Shown: one piece after another, positions 31,533 to 42,087 of the stretch
Layout: each line of letters begins with the position of its first letter
How positions within the stretch are numbered: position 1 is the stretch's first letter
Assembly (NCBI GenBank): GCA_963708295.1
Contig: CAVPSJ010000016.1
Coordinates: forward strand, 64,001-128,000
Source: an uncultured delta proteobacterium
GTDB lineage: Bacteria; Desulfobacterota; BSN033; UBA1163
DNA length: 64,000 nucleotides
Direction: 5' to 3'
Translations under genes and position numbers: made by a program
The notes under the pieces: generated by a model
The model's database searches: none
What the model saw: only the letters and a program-made list of their open reading frames with translations
Told to the model about the DNA's origin: nothing

Positions 31533-32546
31533 ATGACGAAATGCTTTTTCAGCTCATCAGAAAAGTGGTCTTGTGTCTTCTGGGTATGTTCGTCATGGTT
31601 GCTTTCAGCCGCCACTGCCTTTTCGCAGGATTATCCCACCAAAGCAATCACCGCAGTGGTGGGAATGGAGCCCGGAGGTATCGTGGACGTCGCCACCCGT
31701 GTCCTCGTGGATGACGCAAAAAAGGTGATCGGCCAGGATATCCTCGTGGAAAACAAACCCGGTGCGAGCCACATGGTTGCAGGAAGTTATGTCATTTCCT
31801 CCAAACCGGACGGATATACTCTCTGGAGTTCCACGGATGCACCCTTTGTCCGGATGCCCCACATGATGAAACTGAAATTCGATCCCATCGCGGAAACGAC
31901 TCCGATCATCTTTTACGGGGTCTTTACCCATTTCATCCTTGTCCCGGCAGAGAGCCCGTTCAAAACCCTCAAGGATCTGCTGACGTTTGCCAAGGAAAAC
32001 CCCGGCAAGCTGACCTTCGGCAATCCGGGTTTCGGCATGGTTCCCCACATGGCCATGGCAGGGATGGAAATCGAAACAGGCCTGAAGGTTTCCCATGTTC
32101 CTTTCGCGGGTGAGGCAAAGGAGATCGCGGCCCTGCTCGGAGGCCACCTGATGGCCGCAGGGATTGCGATTGAATCCTCCATCTCGCAGGTGAAGGCGGG
32201 AAAGCTCAGGGCCCTCGGAATTCTTCAAGGGGAAGAACGCGTCTCGGCATTCCCTGACATACCTACTCTGAAAGAGGCCGCCAAAGAGTTCGGGATGAAG
32301 ACGGCCGTAAGTTACCCCGGTTTGATGGTGTCCGGACCAAAAGGTCTGCCCGAGCCCATCGTGAAGAAGCTTGTCACGGCTTTCGACACCGCCCGAAAGT
32401 CAGCCGCGTTCCAGAAGTATGCGAAGGAAACTTATATCTTCCAGGATAAGATGCCCGTGACCGGAGAGGCCCTCCGGAACCAACTGAATCGTGGATATAA
32501 AGAGACCGGCGACCTGGTCCAGAAACTCGGAATCCAGAAGAAGTAG
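31533..32546 (+). CDS. TctC/Bug substrate-binding protein
   Basis: YPTKAI, PGG..D, VENKPGA, PDGYTL, HVPF.G. Confidence 0.92.
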   Translation: MTKCFFSSSEKWSCVFWVCSSWLLSAATAFSQDYPTKAITAVVGMEPGGIVDVATRVLVDDAKKVIGQDILVENKPGASHMVAGSYVISSKPDGYTLWSSTDAPFVRMPHMMKLKFDPIAETTPIIFYGVFTHFILVPAESPFKTLKDLLTFAKENPGKLTFGNPGFGMVPHMAMAGMEIETGLKVSHVPFAGEAKEIAALLGGHLMAAGIAIESSISQVKAGKLRALGILQGEERVSAFPDIPTLKEAAKEFGMKTAVSYPGLMVSGPKGLPEPIVKKLVTAFDTARKSAAFQKYAKETYIFQDKMPVTGEALRNQLNRGYKETGDLVQKLGIQKK

Positions 32547-32571
32547 GGAACGGTTTGAAACCGTTCCCTGC
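32543..32571. repeat. GTAG-type REP palindrome (GTAGGGAACGG-TTTGAAA-CCGTTCCCTGC)
   Basis: Related copies at 36130, 42023 and 53160; contains the tctC stop codon. Confidence 0.8.
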
Positions 32572-32608
32572 AGGTTTTCCACGGGGGCTTTGGAAAGGAA
32601 ACATCGCT

Positions 32609-33091
32609 TTGCAAAGTGGAAAAGGATGGATTGCAAAACAAAATGCGGATTTCTGGACGGGTCTTTTTCTGATGATCTTTTCCGGTGCGGTCATCAGTGA
32701 AGCGATCCAGCTCGAGATAGGAACACCCAAAAGTCCAGGGTCAGGGTTTATGATTTTCGGAGCGGCGGGAGTTCTCGGACTCCTGGCGCTCCGTCAATTT
32801 ATTAAATCGCTCCATTTCCAGGGACGAGAAGCAAGACAGGCTTCGGGAGCGATGCGTTGGAGACGGGTCGTTTTGGTGATATTGGCGAATATTATCTATA
32901 TTTTTCTTTTACAGCCTTTGGGCTACCTTCTCTGTACGTTTCTCCTCTTATGCTTTCTGTTCCAGGCTCACGAAAAGGGAAGATGGGTCTCGGCTGTGGG
33001 AGGAGCAGCCTTGACCTCCTTTTTGTCGTATCTCGTCTTCTCCCGGATGTTGCAACTACATCTTCCCAGGGGGTTGTTCCCTTTCTTTTGA
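32609..33091 (+). CDS. TctB-family small membrane subunit
   Basis: PGSGF, LGY...TF, F..MLQLHLPRG; lies between tctC and tctA. Confidence 0.85.
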   Translation: MQSGKGWIAKQNADFWTGLFLMIFSGAVISEAIQLEIGTPKSPGSGFMIFGAAGVLGLLALRQFIKSLHFQGREARQASGAMRWRRVVLVILANIIYIFLLQPLGYLLCTFLLLCFLFQAHEKGRWVSAVGGAALTSFLSYLVFSRMLQLHLPRGLFPFF

Positions 33092-33182
33092 AGGGAAAGG
33101 GCACCGCCCACACGAACGCTCACTTCCTCTCTTTGAGACGGGCTTTCTCTTTTTCACCGACAGTGGTTTTTAGGAAAGATGG

Positions 33183-34692
33183 ATGACTTGGTCAGATATC
33201 TTTAGCGGTTTCCAGGTTGCGACCCTTCCGATGAACCTCGTTTTCTGCTTCTTGGGGGTCCTACTCGGAACACTGGTCGGCGTCCTCCCGGGGATCGGAC
33301 CGGCCGGCGCGATGGCACTTCTCCTCCCGATCAGCTTAAAGATTACGCCCCTGGGCACGATCATTATGCTTGCGGGGATTTATTATGGTTCGATGTATGG
33401 CGGATCGACCACCTCGATCCTGGTCTCCATCCCCGGAGAACCGGCAAGCGTCATGACGTGTGTGGACGGTTACCAGATGGCCCTCCAGGGGAGAGCGGGG
33501 CCGGCATTGGGGATCTCCGCCTTTGGTTCCTTTATCGCCGGGACGTTCAGTGTGATTGCCCTGATGATTCTTGCAGGTCCCCTCGCCAAAGCGGCGCTGA
33601 AATTCGGGCCGCCGGAATTCTTTTCACTCGTCCTGATGGGACTGACCTTGGTGACCTACCTTTCCCAGAAGTCTGCCGCGAAGGCGTTCATGTCTGCCCT
33701 GATCGGAATGCTTCTTTCGTGGGTGGGATTGGACATGATCAATGGAACAACGCGGTTTACCTTCGGAATGATCGAGCTCAATGACGGAATTGGCGTCATC
33801 CCTCTCGTCATGGGACTTTTCGGGATTTCAGAGGTTTTCATGGAACTCGAAAAAAATGAGAGGGTCGACCTCGTCAAGGCGAAGATCAAGAATCTCCTGC
33901 CCACCCGCGAGGATTGGCAGCAGAGCAAATGGCCGATTCTCCGGGGATCCGTGCTTGGGTTCTTTTTGGGAATCATTCCCGGGAGGCGGAGGCATCATCG
34001 CAAACTTCATGTCCTATATCATGGAAAAACGCCTCTCCAAACACCCGGAGCGCTTCGGGAAGGGGGAAATTGCGGGTGTGGCAGGCCCGGAATCGGCGAA
34101 CAATGCTGCGGCGGGAGGAGCCTTCATTCCCCTTCTTTCCCTTGGAATTCCCATGAACGCAACCGTTGCCCTCTTATTTGCAGCCCTCTTGATCCACGGA
34201 GTCAGGCCGGGACCTCTCCTCATTTCAGAGCATCCTGAGATTTTCTGGGGGATCGTGGCTTCCATGTACATCGGAAATGTCATGCTTCTTGTCTTAAACC
34301 TTCCCCTGATAGGGGTCTGGGTCAAGGTGCTCAAGATTCCTTACCGAATTATTTTTCCATTAATTCTTCTTTTTTGCATCATCGGCGCCTATGCGATCAG
34401 CCTGTCGACGCTCGATTTGAAATTGATGTTTGGCTTCGGAATCCTGGGCTATTTGATGCGAAAGTTTGATTTCGATCCCGCTCCGCTTTGTCTGGCGTTT
34501 ATCCTGGGACCTCTCATGGAGGTTTCGATGCGTCAGGCATTGCTCCTGTCGCAGGGAGACTTTTCCGTCTTTTTCACCCGGCCGATTTCAGCCATCTGCC
34601 TGGGGATTGCAGCGATCCTGCTTTTGACGAATCTGATTCCTTTCATGAAAAAGCGCCGCCGGAAGCTTGAGGAGATTCAGGTCAAAGAGTGA
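33183..34692 (+). CDS. TctA-family permease; frameshift ~33980
   Basis: GVLPGIG, YGGSTTSIL..IPG, GPESANN, LGIP, HGVRPGP motifs. Confidence 0.92.
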
Positions 34693-34772
34693 CGTCCAAG
34701 AACGGGTTTCGTTTTTTTATAGGACATGCTGAGCACATTCCAAAAGTCCCAAAACGGGAAAGGAGATAACCG

Positions 34773-35966
34773 ATGCCGGATCTGTTGAAGGAGAGAGTGA
34801 TTCGTCCTATTTCGACGCAGGAGCTTGAGAGGAGATGGAAGGCGGTTCGGGAGGTGATGAAGGCAAAGAAGGTCGACTTCTTACTCATTCAAAACAATAA
34901 CGATTATCTGGGAGGCTATGTCAAATGGTTTACGGACATGCCGGCGGTCCACGCCTATTCCAGTGCGGTGATCTTCCCCGTGGCCGACGAGATGACTTTC
35001 TTTTCCCACGGGCCGAATGATCCCAAGCATGTTGGTCCTGCCCCGTGGCTTTTGAGGGGCGTGAAGAAGCGGATCTGCACACCAGGCCTGCCCTCGTTGA
35101 ACTACACCTGCATGTTCGAGGGTGAAAAGGTGGTGGAGGAACTCAAAGGCCACAAGAAGATCCGCGTCTCTTTCGTGAATGAGGGCGCGATGGTCGCCGG
35201 GTTCTCCAGATATATTCGGGAGCATTTGACAGGGGCGACGTTTACTGACATGACGGATGAGATCGATGAGATCAAGGCGATCAAAAGCCCCGAAGAGGTC
35301 GAATGCATAAAATACAGTGCCTATCTCCATGATCAAGCCATGAAGGCTTGTTTTGAGGCGATCAAGCCGGGAGCGAGGGAGTTCGAGGTCGCTGCCATGG
35401 GGAGATTGAAATGCAGGATGCTCGGCAGCGAACAGCAGTTTATCCTCATCGGCTCCGCACCGGCAGGCAATGCGTTCGGCTACAATCACATCCATGCGAT
35501 GAATCGTGCATTACAGGAAGGGGACCAGGTCGGGATCCTTGTAGAGGCAACAGACCCCGCCGGGTATTACACTCATTTACACCGGATTGCCTGCATCGGC
35601 AAAATCCCGGAAGACCTTCAGAGGCAGTTTGAGGATGAGAAAGAGCTTCAGGCCCTCAATCTGAAGATGCTCAAACCGGGGGTCGATCCGATGGAGATGT
35701 GGAATGCGAATAATGAATTTTTGAGGAGCCACGGATACCCGGAAGAGACCAGGCTCTATGCCCACGGGCAGGGATACGATCTGGTGGAAAGGCCCTCTTT
35801 CCAGATCGGTGAAACGATGAAGATCAGGGAAGGGATGAACATTGCGGTTCATCCTGTGGTGGCCACGCCGAAGGCAACGGCGATTCTGTGCGATAATTAT
35901 ATGGTGACCAAGACAGGTGTGAGCGAGTGCCTGCATAAGACGCCCAAAGAGATTTTTGTTGTATAG
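34773..35966 (+). CDS. M24 (Xaa-Pro peptidase/creatinase-like) family hydrolase
   Basis: IKSPEE, IKPG.RE.EV, GYY..L.R, AHGQG..L.ERP. Confidence 0.8.
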   Translation: MPDLLKERVIRPISTQELERRWKAVREVMKAKKVDFLLIQNNNDYLGGYVKWFTDMPAVHAYSSAVIFPVADEMTFFSHGPNDPKHVGPAPWLLRGVKKRICTPGLPSLNYTCMFEGEKVVEELKGHKKIRVSFVNEGAMVAGFSRYIREHLTGATFTDMTDEIDEIKAIKSPEEVECIKYSAYLHDQAMKACFEAIKPGAREFEVAAMGRLKCRMLGSEQQFILIGSAPAGNAFGYNHIHAMNRALQEGDQVGILVEATDPAGYYTHLHRIACIGKIPEDLQRQFEDEKELQALNLKMLKPGVDPMEMWNANNEFLRSHGYPEETRLYAHGQGYDLVERPSFQIGETMKIREGMNIAVHPVVATPKATAILCDNYMVTKTGVSECLHKTPKEIFVV

Positions 35967-36231
35967 CAGGCTGCTGAAAAACGCCCCTGCCTACCGGCAG
36001 GCAGGCATCTGCTTCGTTATCCGGCCCCCCTTCGGGGGCGTGCCAGGAGTTGCTCCTTATTCGTCGCAACGGCACCCCTCATCTTTCCCTATGTCAAGCA
36101 CGGGGCGGGCTCATTGTGGGGGGCATTTCGTAGGGAACGCATATATGCGTTCCTTACCAAGGACTTCGGGGGCCTTGCATCTGGCCCTTTTTGAGCAACC
36201 TGGAAAAGACGACTTTTTCAGTAGTCTGCTG
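35964..36231. mobile_element. MITE family A, copy 1, with nested REPs
   Basis: TAGCAGGCTGCTGAAAAA ... TTTTTCAGTAGTCTGCT ends; homologous to 45516-45672 and 53020-53290. Confidence 0.8.
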
Positions 36232-36474
36232 AGTATTTAGATACGTAGCGCCCCCATTTACTGGGGGCGGATTAACTTGGAGAAAAGAATAAAAGCCCCT
36301 CCCCCTCGACGGGGGAGGGTGAGGGTGGGGGTGAATGATGCTCCCGCCAGGAGAGAGGAGGTAACTTTACAGGAATGAGAGTTTGAGAAATTTGAATTTT
36401 AAAATTTCAGATTTGTTTCGAGTTTCGATATTCGGATTTCGAATTTCCTCAACTCAAGGTAGTGAGGTTTTTTT

Positions 36475-37497
36475 ATGAAAAAGAAGTATAAAATTGGAGT
36501 GATTCCAGGAGACGGGATCGGGAGAGACGTGATCAAGGCAGCGCAGATTGTATTGGATACGGTGAACGAGGTATCGAAAGAATTTTCCCTGGAGTTTCAT
36601 AAAATGGATACAGGGGATGCAGCCATTGCAAAATATGGAGACCCCTTTCCAAAAGAGACGGTGGAGGGAGTCAAACAGACCCATGCCGTCCTTTTCGGAG
36701 CGGCGGGGAACCCCAACACTACGAAGGTGCTCATGGGGTTTCGACTGGGATTTAACCTCTATGCCGGCGTGAGGCCCATCAAGGCATTGCCGGGGTCCGG
36801 TGCGTTGAGGCCGAAGGCGGACCTCATCATCGTAAGGGAAAACACCGAAGGCCTTTACAGGGGAGACGGCTATATCGATGGAGACACCTATGTCAATCTC
36901 AGGGTCTTTACAAAACAGGGCATGGAGCGGATTCTGAAATTCTGTTTTGAGCTGGCCCTCAAAGAAGGACGGAAGAAGGTAACCTTTACGCACAAAGCCC
37001 ACGTCCTCATCTATACCGACGAGCCCATGCGCCAGATGTTCTATGAAATTGCCAAGAAGTATCCATCCGTCGAAGCAGAGGACATGACGATCGACGCGTG
37101 CGCTATGCAGATCGTCATGAGGCCGGAGAGGTTTGACATCGTTTTTGCAGAAAATGCGAATGGCGATGTTCTGAGCGACGTGGGAGCGGGTGTCGTCGGA
37201 GGAATGGGCTTCGCGTATAGTGGAAATATCGGTGATGCGTTGGGAGTGTTTGAGCCAATCCACGGGACAGCTCCGAAATATGCGGACAAGAACGTGGTCA
37301 ATCCCATTGCCGCCATCATGGCGGCGAGAATGATGTTTGATTATCTCGGAGAGAAAGCGATGGGATTCCGGATCGAGAAGGCCATCACCGATGTTTTGGT
37401 CGAAGGAAAAGTGAGGACCTACGATCTCGGTGGGAGCTCATCAACCAGTCAGGTAGCGGAGGCGATCTCCGAAAAACTGCGCAAATGCGACGGCTGA
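36475..37497 (+). CDS. Isocitrate/isopropylmalate dehydrogenase family protein (beta-hydroxyacid oxidative decarboxylase)
   Basis: IPGDGIG, VRENTEG.Y, HKA.V, N..GD.LSD, FEPIHGTAP, VNPIAAI. Confidence 0.9.
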   Translation: MKKKYKIGVIPGDGIGRDVIKAAQIVLDTVNEVSKEFSLEFHKMDTGDAAIAKYGDPFPKETVEGVKQTHAVLFGAAGNPNTTKVLMGFRLGFNLYAGVRPIKALPGSGALRPKADLIIVRENTEGLYRGDGYIDGDTYVNLRVFTKQGMERILKFCFELALKEGRKKVTFTHKAHVLIYTDEPMRQMFYEIAKKYPSVEAEDMTIDACAMQIVMRPERFDIVFAENANGDVLSDVGAGVVGGMGFAYSGNIGDALGVFEPIHGTAPKYADKNVVNPIAAIMAARMMFDYLGEKAMGFRIEKAITDVLVEGKVRTYDLGGSSSTSQVAEAISEKLRKCDG

Positions 37498-37599
37498 GGT
37501 CTCTTTGTGACCAAAATGGAGGGTGATATTTCACCTCCCTTTCGCAAAGGGAGGCGGGGAGGGATTTCAGGCGCCAGCTTAATACTACTTCCACAGCTA

Positions 37600-37724
37600 T
37601 CCCATCCCCTTCCTCACCTCCCCCTTGAAGGGGGAGGAACAAAGAGTTCTTCCTTCCCCTTCAGGCGGAGGAACAAAGTGTTCTCCCTCCCATTCAGGGG
37701 GAGGGGTAGGGTGGGGGTGGGGTT
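37600..37724. repeat. C/G-rich palindromic repeat (CCCATCCCC...CCCCTTGAAGGGGGAGGAA...GGGTGGGGGTGGGGTT)
   Basis: Near-identical copy at 51628-51718; this copy has one extra internal unit. Confidence 0.8.
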
Positions 37725-37818
37725 GAATAGTTGTCTTTGGGTAAGATCAATTGGCATCGGATTTGTTAAATAGTCCACTTAAGATGTTACCAGCAATCGA
37801 ATAAGAGGTGTCAGACTC

Positions 37819-38913
37819 ATGTCTATTCTTTTTGAACCCTATAAAATTGGTCGATTAACTCTCAAAAACCGTTTCATCAAATCTTCGACGTTGGAAAGCA
37901 TGGCAGGACCCGATGGCGAGGTGACGCCGGACATGCTGGAGTTCTACGAGGCTGTTGCTCGTGGTGGCGCAGCTTGCATCTTCTTGGGGCATGCCTATGT
38001 TCATCCGCTTGGGAAAGCATCTCCGAAGATGATAGGCCTATACGATGACCGCCTGATTCCGGGGCTCCGCTCCTTAGCCGACGTGATTCATCAACATGAT
38101 TGTTTTGTTTTTGCTCAGATCAATCACGGGGGAAGTCGGATTCAAGGGGGATGTGCGGAGCCCGTAGGGCCCTCTCCTGTCGTCGATCCCTCCGCAGGAC
38201 TTCTCGCCCGCGAGCTTAAATCTTCAGAGATCCGGGAGATCATCGATGCCTTTGGCCAGGCGGCTTGCCGGGTTCGAGAGGCGGGACTGGACGGAATTCT
38301 CATCCACGGTGCCCATGGATATCTGGCAAGTCTCTTCACTTCTCCTTTTACGAATCATCGGACCGATGAATGGGGCGGAGATGCCTTGAGACGGTTCCGG
38401 TTTCTTGAAGAAGTCTACCGTTCGATCCGCAAAGCAGTCGGAAACGATTATCCGGTGGCCATCAAATTAGGAATCAAAGATGATACGGAAGAAGGGTTAA
38501 CCGTGGGAGAGGGCGCGGAAACAGCTGGCCGCCTTGCGAGGTTAGGGATCGACGCAATCGAGATAAGCGCCGGCGTCGCGACAAAACCAGTCCCAAGCCG
38601 CAGCAACATCCTTTCAAGAGAACAGGAAGCCTATTTTCTCCCTTACGCGAAAGCCGTTCGTCCAAAGGTGGGAAAGCTGCCTCTCAGTTTGGTGGGCGGA
38701 CTCCGTTCCCCGGATCTCATGGAGGAGATCATCAAGGAAGGATGGACCGATTTTGTCTCTCTTGCGAGGCCCTTTCTCTGCGAACCCGATCTCGTCAACA
38801 AGATCCGCGCCGGCCGCTGGGAGCCGGTCTCCTGCACAAGAGATGACCGCTGCCGGGCCGGCATCGGCAAAGAAGGACTTCGCTGCCACCGCGACGAAGA
38901 CCCCGTCGGTTGA
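37819..38913 (+). CDS. NADH:flavin oxidoreductase (Old Yellow Enzyme family)
   Basis: LKNRF, ARGGA, QINHGG, HGAHGYL..F.SP.TN.RTDEWGG, VGGLR. Confidence 0.92.
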   Translation: MSILFEPYKIGRLTLKNRFIKSSTLESMAGPDGEVTPDMLEFYEAVARGGAACIFLGHAYVHPLGKASPKMIGLYDDRLIPGLRSLADVIHQHDCFVFAQINHGGSRIQGGCAEPVGPSPVVDPSAGLLARELKSSEIREIIDAFGQAACRVREAGLDGILIHGAHGYLASLFTSPFTNHRTDEWGGDALRRFRFLEEVYRSIRKAVGNDYPVAIKLGIKDDTEEGLTVGEGAETAGRLARLGIDAIEISAGVATKPVPSRSNILSREQEAYFLPYAKAVRPKVGKLPLSLVGGLRSPDLMEEIIKEGWTDFVSLARPFLCEPDLVNKIRAGRWEPVSCTRDDRCRAGIGKEGLRCHRDEDPVG

Positions 38914-39225
38914 ATCTTCTAAGATATCCTGAAGGCCCCCAAAATATTCACCCTCGACCACAGAGATTTTTCTGTTTACCGATTCAAACAGAAAAGGCGA
39001 TTTACAATTACTCCCTCAAAAAACATGAATTCAATATCATTACCGACTCCTCACGCCTGGCGCCTTCTGGTCTTACAATTATTCTATACCCTATACCCTA
39101 TGCCCCATGCCCTTTGCGCTGTTTAGATTGATTTAGATATCTTGACCCCTCTCCCCTTTTTTGATAAAGTCGTATTCCAGAAACACCTAGGCTGGATGTC
39201 CGGAGAACCTGCGCGATGAAAAACG

Positions 39226-40292
39226 GTGTCAGGTCTTGACATGAGACATTAATTTATGGTAGATAGTGTGGTATTATGTCGAGACCGCTGCGAGTCGAGT
39301 GGGAAGGTGGCTTTTATCACATTACGGCAAGGGGAAACGAGAAGCGGCCGATTTTTCTGATAGAGCAGGACTATCTTCGCTTTGTTAGTCGTTTTGAGCC
39401 GATTTACGGGCGCTACGGCGTTGTGATTCATTCTTATGTCCTCATGACCAATCATTATCACGTTCTTGTTGAAACCCCCCGGGCAAACTTATCTGCCGCT
39501 TTGCACGATTTGAATACCGCTTATACAAATTACTTTAACCGGAGGCATGATCGGGTGGGGCATCTTTTCCAGGGTCGCTATCGAAGCATTGTTGTGGAAA
39601 AGGATCCATATTTGTTAGAGCTGTCCCGTTACATCCACCTAAATCCAGTGAGGGCGGGAATGGTGAAGAGGCCGGAGGCCTATCGATGGAGCAGTTATGC
39701 TAGTTATCTGTCTTCGGGGTCTTGTCCGGGGTGGCTTCGGAGAGAGGACATTTTGGGACAGATGGACAAGAGCCTGGGTAAGGGGCGGCGTAAATATCGA
39801 GAGTTTGTGGAGGAGGGACTAAAGGGGGAGGTCAGGGATCCTTTGGAGGCAGTAATGGGGGGGATCGCTCTGGGGGGCGAGACATTTTGGGTGGAAGTAA
39901 AGAATCGGGTGGAAGGACTTCAGGGACGGAATGAGGTTCCTGTGCTCAAGGAAATTCATCGCAAGACGGAGGCTGGAGTGATTGTGGAGAAGGTAGCATC
40001 ATTCTATGGAGTTCCAGCCGATAGGATCACACGGCTAGCGCATCCTCTCCACCGCGGGACTCAGGTTGCGATGTATCTGGTGAGGAAGAAGACGGATCTT
40101 ACGCTCAATGAGATTGGGGCCATCTTTGGCAAAAGGCACTATACGGCAGTGAGCGTAGCCTTCAGGAGGGTAGAGGGGAAGCGGCAGCGAGACCGAGGAT
40201 TTGATCGGGAATTGAGCAAGATTGAGAAAGAACTTTCTTAGACGGGGTTTTCCCGAAAGATACTCAAATTGTCTCATGTCAAGACCTGACAC
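39226..40292 (+). mobile_element. RAYT-type element bounded by perfect 23 bp inverted repeats
   Basis: GTGTCAGGTCTTGACATGAGACA (39226-39248) and its exact reverse complement (40270-40292) flank the transposase. Confidence 0.85.
39276..40241 (+). CDS. REP-associated tyrosine (HUH, Y1) transposase with C-terminal DnaA-C-like HTH
   Basis: YHITARGN, LMTNHYH (HUH), GHLFQGRY, YIHLNPVRAG, YRWSSY; C-terminal AMYL.R..T.LTL.EIG.IFG.RHYTAV. Confidence 0.92.
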   Translation: MSRPLRVEWEGGFYHITARGNEKRPIFLIEQDYLRFVSRFEPIYGRYGVVIHSYVLMTNHYHVLVETPRANLSAALHDLNTAYTNYFNRRHDRVGHLFQGRYRSIVVEKDPYLLELSRYIHLNPVRAGMVKRPEAYRWSSYASYLSSGSCPGWLRREDILGQMDKSLGKGRRKYREFVEEGLKGEVRDPLEAVMGGIALGGETFWVEVKNRVEGLQGRNEVPVLKEIHRKTEAGVIVEKVASFYGVPADRITRLAHPLHRGTQVAMYLVRKKTDLTLNEIGAIFGKRHYTAVSVAFRRVEGKRQRDRGFDRELSKIEKELS

Positions 40293-40391
40293 TGGATGTG
40301 ATGCTGGATGTGATGTGCATTTTAACTTATGAGTAAGAAAGGTGATTACATTACCGAGATTCTGGAAGAGAGAACGAAAGGAAGTATCAGG

Positions 40392-40697
40392 ATGAACGAT
40401 GTCATAGGAATTGCTTGGTTCAAGGACGAGGCTACTTACCGTAGGGCGCTCGCTATCTTTACCGATCCCGAAAACTTGCCCGCCAGTTTTGAAGACTGGA
40501 AAGCTCTTGTGGGAAGGGAATGCGAATTAATTAAGGGTAGCGGCAATGTTGCTATTCGCGCAGATATCGATCCGGAAACATTTACCGCTTGGTGCGCCTC
40601 CCGTGGATATCAAGCCAATTCCCAGGGGAGGATCGCGTTCGTCAACCATGTCGAGCTTGAGTATCAGAAGACCGGCAAAGGAAAGGTGATTGAATAG
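40392..40697 (+). CDS. Hypothetical protein
   Basis: Protein-like ORF (IGIAWF...LPASFEDW...DPETFTAWC); start uncertain (40329 or 40392). Confidence 0.65.
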   Translation: MNDVIGIAWFKDEATYRRALAIFTDPENLPASFEDWKALVGRECELIKGSGNVAIRADIDPETFTAWCASRGYQANSQGRIAFVNHVELEYQKTGKGKVIE

Positions 40698-40935
40698 CTC
40701 GTGGAGTTTGTCCTGGAGGGCCGAGGGATCGATGATTGTCTTTTAGTCGGTCCCAGTGTAGCTGTAATTAACTCTACCTGTTCTGGATTCAGGAAAAGAC
40801 TTGTGAAATTATGCGAGCCTGTATCTGAAACGGGTCCTCGCATTAGCCTAAGACTCGCTCGGAGAATGGAACAGCCCGGATGGGCGAAGCGGATGCTCCT
40901 GAAATGTTGACATGTGACGGGAGTAATAAGGCATA

Positions 40936-41019
40936 GCCCAACTAGTCGCTCGAGCCTCGCGTCGCCTCGCCGTCTGACTCCGGCAACCGGCGCCGCTCAC
41001 CGCAGTTCGCCGTTCAGGC
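40936..41019 (+). other. Degenerate attC-like site
   Basis: GCCCAAC, 5 bp, GCTCGAGC ... GCTCA..., GTTCAGGC; the right-hand box and spacer are imperfect. Confidence 0.4.
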
Positions 41020-41047
41020 AGATTGAAACGAGATGCGGAGGTGGACA

Positions 41048-41434
41048 ATGCCTATCGAGTTTCACTGTGACCACGGAAAACGACTGGTTCTGGCCAAGGC
41101 ATACGGAGTTCTGACCGATGAAGAAATCTTCGGCTATCAGCGCGAGGTCTGGTCCCGCGAAGAAGTTGTCGGTTATGACGAAGTGATAGACATGAGTGAG
41201 GTCGAAAAAATCGTGGCGGCTCGAAGCAACCGGATTAAGGACTTGGCTGCTCTCGCCGCTTCTATGGACTCTCGGTCCACTCGAACGAAGTTCGCCATTG
41301 TCGCCCCAAACGACTATGCGTTTGGGTTAGGGCGGATGTACGAGGCCCACCGGACTATGAATGATAGGAGCACGAAAGAGGTTGGTGTCTTTCGAACAAT
41401 GGAAGAAGCTTTGGCATGGATCGGCCACAAATAA
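41048..41434 (+). CDS. Hypothetical STAS/SpoIIAA-like protein
   Basis: GGAGGTG RBS; AIVAP...FGL.RMY and VFRT.EEAL.WI motifs. Confidence 0.75.
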   Translation: MPIEFHCDHGKRLVLAKAYGVLTDEEIFGYQREVWSREEVVGYDEVIDMSEVEKIVAARSNRIKDLAALAASMDSRSTRTKFAIVAPNDYAFGLGRMYEAHRTMNDRSTKEVGVFRTMEEALAWIGHK

Positions 41435-41504
41435 TCTCAGACGCAGCGTTCGGTCTTTTGAAGTCGTGGAGGCACAGGTGGGATGACCAAATCGGAGCGT
41501 CGGA

Positions 41505-42005
41505 ATGAACTATAATAACCAGAATGAAATACCTGCCAGACATGGCAGAAAATACGTAGATTTGATTTGGTCGGCCATTGGCGGGAGCGATAGCCATTAC
41601 TCTTGCCCTTTTGCTTGTGGCTGGTCGAAATTCTCCTTTTGTGCTCTTTTCTCTCGGGGGCTCCACCGTGTTTCTTTTTGTCTTGACCGAGACGGAAGCA
41701 GCCCAGCCTCGGGCCTTGCTCGGAGGGCACATCGGCGGGGCTTTGATTGGGATTCTCTGTTACCAGATACTCGGTGATGCGCTTTGGGTTTCTGTGACTG
41801 CCGTCGTAATCACAATGATGTTTATGGTCATGACCCGGACGATCCATCCACCGGCGGGCGCGAATCCGCTGATCATGGTGCATCATCATGCCGGGTTTCT
41901 GTCGTTGCTGAACCCCGTCGGGGCGGGTGTGCTGACGCTGTTTATCGTTGCCATGTGTGGAGTCATGTTCGCCCCGGGAAGAAGTATCCGATGAGGTGGT
42001 GGTGA
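41505..42005 (+). CDS. HPP-family membrane protein (frameshifted near 41580 and at the 3' end)
   Basis: SLGGSTV.LF, AQPR.LLGGH, TIHPPAGANPL. Confidence 0.85.
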
Positions 42006-42087
42006 GAATATAAGATAAGCCGGTAGGGAACGCATAATGCCGTTCCCTACAAGGGACTTTCGGCTGCTCCGTTGCAGTCAAGGAGCC

